Shown here: piece after piece, positions 57,350-61,454 of the stretch
How the letters are laid out: every line of letters starts with the position of its first letter
Position numbering within the stretch: position 1 is the first letter of the stretch
IMG/VR virus record: IMGVR_UViG_3300021368_000782
Location: 1-61,454 of that record
Reading direction: 5' to 3' (one strand)
Source: a virus
Lineage: Duplodnaviria; Caudoviricetes
Length of the DNA stretch: 61,454 bases
Notes under the pieces: model-generated
Seen by the model: the letters and a program-made list of their open reading frames with translations, nothing else
Told to the model about the DNA's origin: nothing
Databases searched by the model: none
Program-made: the position numbers and the translations under genes

Positions 57350-59515
57350 ATGGCACTACCAGCAATTGCAGGAGCATTCACAAAAGGTCTACTAGGTGCA
57401 GGAGCACGTGGGGCGGCGACTGGTGGTGCAAGAGCTATGGCTGGTCAAGCAGCAAAAGGTGCTGCAAGACAAGGATTCAAGAAGTTTGCCAAAGGGATGA
57501 CGGGCAGAACTTCAGATGATTATAAAGCAAGAGTTGATGGTATCAATCCAGAGACTGGAGAATATTTAACACCAGAAGAAAGAAAGGCAAGATTTAAAGG
57601 TTTCTCAGTAGGAACTAAACCAGGATCTCAAAAGTTATTATCTGGTGGACCAACACAGACTGTAGCTGCGTTACCACCCGCTGGTGGCGTTGGTGCTGAT
57701 AGTACTTCTGATACTCAAACTAGGACGGTAAATCATCTGGAAAAAATCCAGATGTATCTAGAAAAATTACTTAAGATTGAAGAGAGTGCTTTAGCAAGAC
57801 TTCAAGATAGAATTCTGGAAACTGCTAAAGAAGATCAAAGAGATGCTGCCGCTGCAGAAGAGAATAAACAAGAAAAAGGAAAACCGAAAGAAGATAGAAG
57901 AAGAGGTAACCCTGTTGTTCAGGGGATGAAGAAGAAAGCTGGAGGAATCTTCCAGTTCTTGATGGATCTTGGGATGAAGTTTATTGGATTCAAGATCCTT
58001 GACTGGTTATCTGATCCAGAAAACAAAAAGAAAATTGATACAGTTGTAGGATTCTTCCAAGGTGTTTGGGGATTCCTGACTGCAGTTGGTACAGCAATTG
58101 GAGATGGTTGGAACTGGACTGTCGAAACTGTTGAAGCAGGTATCGAAGGAATCAAATCATTCGCAAAAGGTATAGAAGAATTCTTCACCTTTGAATGGCT
58201 TGATATTGATGGAATGATGGAACAGTTCAATGGTTTCATCACATTCTTTACTGACGGTGTTAAAAACTTATTGGACGATGCTGTAAATTGGGTTAATAGT
58301 ATTCCAGGATTATTCTCTCAGGTCGGAGAATTTATTGTCGGATCCTTTATGGACTTTTTGGGAATTCCGCAAGATATTGAAGAACCAACGACACCAGTAC
58401 CAGATCCTTCAAAAGATACTGTAGGTGATACAGTACCACAAACAATAGATGTACCTGGGCACGAGACAGAAGATGGAACAGTAATACCTGGAAAGAGTGA
58501 TAACGAAGGACTTCCAGAAATGGGGAAAGGTGGTGCATTGACTGGTCCAAGTCATGCAGGTGGTGGTGTTAATATCAATGCTGAAGGTGGTGAATATGTA
58601 CTGAATAAAAAAGCTGTTGCTGCAATTGGTACACAAGCACTTGACAGAATTAATTTTGGTATGTTCCCGAGTGGATATAAAGGTCCTGGTATGGGTGCAG
58701 GTGGTCATGTTGTTACTTCTACCATGGGTAATAGATCATTTGCATTATCTCCTGGTATGCACATGGGTGTTGATATCTCTACTGGTATCGGTGAAAAACT
58801 ACAAGCGATTAATCCTGGTGTTGTGGAGGGAGTTGGATATGATGGTGGTTATGGTAACTATGTAAGTTGGGTTGATAGTAAGACAGGACTGGGTAACTTC
58901 TATGCTCACATGAATCAAACAGCTAGAGTTAAGGTTGGTCAGAGAGTCAATAAAGGTACAGTTCTGGGATATACTGGTAATACTGGTAGATCTAGTGGTC
59001 CACACTTACATTGGGAAACTGCAACCAATCCTGCTGATACTGGGAGATCAAAATCAGCTGTTCTTTCGAGAATTAATCCTCTAAGTAAATATAATAAAGA
59101 AGCACCTTTCGGTGGTACAGAAACTGCTGTACCAACGCAACCTGGAGAAAAAACTGATTTATCTGCAGATCCACCATCCGAACAACAAAAAGCAAAAGCA
59201 GATGGATCTACTACCACTCCAACTCCAACTCAACCCAAGTTGAGTAAAGAAGCATTAATTCTGAATGCCGCAAATAGTTTGGCAGAAATGATGGGTGGTA
59301 AAGCAGTGAATACTGAAGACATCTTATCCAATCTTCAGAATGAAAACAATAGAGTTACTGGGGAACAGGAATCCGCTGCAGAAACAACAACTGAAACAGT
59401 TAACTTGGATCAGTCTGGAAGTTTTCAGACTGGTATGGATGTTGATTATGATGTACCATCTTTGGGTTTCAACTTCCCACCGTTCTATCAAGCATTCTTC
59501 CCACTTAATCCATAA
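57350..59515 (+). CDS. tape-measure/hub-like virion protein with M23 peptidase domain
   Basis: Coiled coil, amphipathic W/F repeats, EGGEYV, HMGVD...YAH...STG-like SSGPHLHWE. Confidence 0.8.
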   Translation: MALPAIAGAFTKGLLGAGARGAATGGARAMAGQAAKGAARQGFKKFAKGMTGRTSDDYKARVDGINPETGEYLTPEERKARFKGFSVGTKPGSQKLLSGGPTQTVAALPPAGGVGADSTSDTQTRTVNHLEKIQMYLEKLLKIEESALARLQDRILETAKEDQRDAAAAEENKQEKGKPKEDRRRGNPVVQGMKKKAGGIFQFLMDLGMKFIGFKILDWLSDPENKKKIDTVVGFFQGVWGFLTAVGTAIGDGWNWTVETVEAGIEGIKSFAKGIEEFFTFEWLDIDGMMEQFNGFITFFTDGVKNLLDDAVNWVNSIPGLFSQVGEFIVGSFMDFLGIPQDIEEPTTPVPDPSKDTVGDTVPQTIDVPGHETEDGTVIPGKSDNEGLPEMGKGGALTGPSHAGGGVNINAEGGEYVLNKKAVAAIGTQALDRINFGMFPSGYKGPGMGAGGHVVTSTMGNRSFALSPGMHMGVDISTGIGEKLQAINPGVVEGVGYDGGYGNYVSWVDSKTGLGNFYAHMNQTARVKVGQRVNKGTVLGYTGNTGRSSGPHLHWETATNPADTGRSKSAVLSRINPLSKYNKEAPFGGTETAVPTQPGEKTDLSADPPSEQQKAKADGSTTTPTPTQPKLSKEALILNAANSLAEMMGGKAVNTEDILSNLQNENNRVTGEQESAAETTTETVNLDQSGSFQTGMDVDYDVPSLGFNFPPFYQAFFPLNP

Positions 59516-61454
59516 TGGCAATTAAAAGCGCTATCGTACCTTATCAGGCAAATAAATCTTCTGTTATGGTTCAACCACAGCAGTCGATGAGTGCTATCGT
59601 GCCTGTACAGAAAGAGACTGCAAAGAAAGCGGAAGTTACTGCAAGAGATGTAAGAGCATCTGTACTCAGACTACTCAGAAAGAGACAACAAAGAGATAGA
59701 TTAGAAGCAAAATATTATAAGTTAGAGAAGACACTAAACGAAAGACAGAAAGCGAGAAAGGAAGAAGCTAAAAATGAAAACAATAGTTTCTTAGGGAAAG
59801 TTGGTAGTGGATTTAGAAATAGGGCAAAGAAAGCTGGTGGTGATCTCCTTGGTAGTATTGGTAAACTACTAGGTTTTCTTGCCCTGGATTGGATTTCTAA
59901 ACCAGAAAACCAGGCAATCCTCAAAGGTATTGTAGATGTCACTAAAGGAATATTCCAATTTATTGATTGGTGGGTAACTGGATCTGTTGATAATTTATTG
60001 ACTGGTTTCTCTGAAATGGTTGGGGGAGATAGTCTCTTAGAAAGATTTGTCGGATTTATTAAAGTTGTAACAGGTATTCTTGGTCTCAGATATTTCTTAA
60101 AACCAGGATTATTATTCAAAGACTTTAATACAATTAAGAAAGCGATTCAGTCTAAAGGTTTTAGAAAGTTAAATATCTTCTTTAAAAAATGGCAAAAACA
60201 AGGTGCTGGTAAAGCACTTAAGTTTGCCTTCCCTAAGATTGCCACCGTTCTTAGTAGTATTAAGACTAGTTTAGCAAGTAAAATTAGTGGTTCTGGTGTT
60301 GGTAAGTTAATGGAAAAGATCATCACGATGATCAGAGTACAACTAAGTAAAAGAGGTGCTGGTGCTTTAAAACCACTTATCAAAAAAATTGTAAAAGGTC
60401 CGATTCAATTTATCAATAAAATTCCTATTGTTGGTCCATTAATTGGTGCTGGTATTAACGTTGCTCTTGGTGATCCATGGGACAAAGCAATCATTAAAGC
60501 TCTTGGTGCTTCCTTGGGTCAATGGTTAGGTGCTGGTTTAGGTACTCTTATTTTCCCAGGTATCGGTACATTTGTTGGTGGATTCTTAGGTAACCTAATT
60601 GGTGACTGGTTGGGTGGAAGAATCTATGATATGATAACGGGCAAAAATGCTCCACCTCCAACAGAGGAAGAGAAAAAGAGACTTCAAATTGTTCGAGATG
60701 CGATGGACAAAAACTATGATGAGATGAGTGAGTCAGAGAAAGCAGAATACATCGCCAGGATTGCAAAGAAAAATAAGTTGACAGTTGAGCAGGTGAAGAC
60801 TATGCTCGAGAAAAAATCAACTGATCCTGATACCACTTCCGATGGTAACCCACCAGTAGATACCACAGAAGTTACTGGTGGTTTGTTGAAAGGATTGACT
60901 AAAGATGATTATAGAGAACTTGCATTTATTGTAAGTGGTGAAGCTCAAAGAGGAACTAAAGATGAGTATGGTGTTGCAGCAAATGTTTTAATTAGACTTG
61001 CAAGTCCAAATTATCCAAGCACAATTAAAGCTGTTGGCGCTGCTCCTGGACAGTATGAAGCTGTATTCAAAGGAAAAGCAAGATATGACGATGAATTAGC
61101 TGCAAAACTAGAATCACCAGAAGGACAAGCAGAAATTGTAAAAGCTTTAAGAATTTTAAATGGTAGAACAGATTTTAAAGGGACATCGATGTACCAACAC
61201 ATGGGTGCTTCTGACGTTAAATTTTCTGATAGGGGTAACTTCTATCATTATTCTTCCCAGATGAAAAAGAGTGATCCCGTACCATCTCCAATTCCAAATC
61301 AAGAATGGAAAAAATTTATTGGCGGACAAGGTGGTGGACTACCAAAACAAATTCCATCTAGACACAACAGATTATCTGATGTAAGTATGGATGTAGTACA
61401 AAGTAAACGACGCAGACCTAGGAAAAAAGTAACAGTGATCGTCAACAACCAAGG
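59515..61454 (+). CDS. tape-measure/hub-like virion protein with SleB-like domain (partial, runs off the window)
   Basis: ATG overlaps the previous TAA; frame open to the end; DYRELAFIVSGEA...PGQYEA...GRTDFKG...GNFYHY at about 60900-61250. Confidence 0.8.
   Translation, partial: MAIKSAIVPYQANKSSVMVQPQQSMSAIVPVQKETAKKAEVTARDVRASVLRLLRKRQQRDRLEAKYYKLEKTLNERQKARKEEAKNENNSFLGKVGSGFRNRAKKAGGDLLGSIGKLLGFLALDWISKPENQAILKGIVDVTKGIFQFIDWWVTGSVDNLLTGFSEMVGGDSLLERFVGFIKVVTGILGLRYFLKPGLLFKDFNTIKKAIQSKGFRKLNIFFKKWQKQGAGKALKFAFPKIATVLSSIKTSLASKISGSGVGKLMEKIITMIRVQLSKRGAGALKPLIKKIVKGPIQFINKIPIVGPLIGAGINVALGDPWDKAIIKALGASLGQWLGAGLGTLIFPGIGTFVGGFLGNLIGDWLGGRIYDMITGKNAPPPTEEEKKRLQIVRDAMDKNYDEMSESEKAEYIARIAKKNKLTVEQVKTMLEKKSTDPDTTSDGNPPVDTTEVTGGLLKGLTKDDYRELAFIVSGEAQRGTKDEYGVAANVLIRLASPNYPSTIKAVGAAPGQYEAVFKGKARYDDELAAKLESPEGQAEIVKALRILNGRTDFKGTSMYQHMGASDVKFSDRGNFYHYSSQMKKSDPVPSPIPNQEWKKFIGGQGGGLPKQIPSRHNRLSDVSMDVVQSKRRRPRKKVTVIVNNQ

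Overview
This 61.5 kb window comes from a T4-like marine cyanomyovirus, probably Synechococcus-infecting. It holds the replication core: the gp45 tail end, gp44, gp62, regA, gp43, uvsX, gp41, gp61, nrdAB, rnh, thyX, gp33, gp59 and gp32. Auxiliary metabolic genes include hsp20, petE, talC, ptox, gnd, a hidden ndhP, zwf, mazG, cpeT-like, two hli, petF, pstS with a Pho box, phoH and speD. There are six tRNAs and a manA-type RNA, and the window ends in the baseplate/tail module. The main observations are: (1) an NtcA-box-linked tandem glutamine-riboswitch-like leader whose two P2 loops each enclose an entire small ORF, upstream of YRG/DUF4278-type peptides; (2) a DUF4338 (DruA-like) plus GT-B glycosyltransferase pair inserted between the two clamp-loader genes, a candidate DNA-modification system; (3) two in-phase -1 frameshift sites, one fusing gp26 to gp51 and one in a small gene upstream of petE; (4) several promoter- and terminator-bounded small RNAs, including one with a possible anti-Yfr1 loop, and a ROSE-like thermometer on hsp20. 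All family assignments come from motif recognition by eye; no database searches were run.
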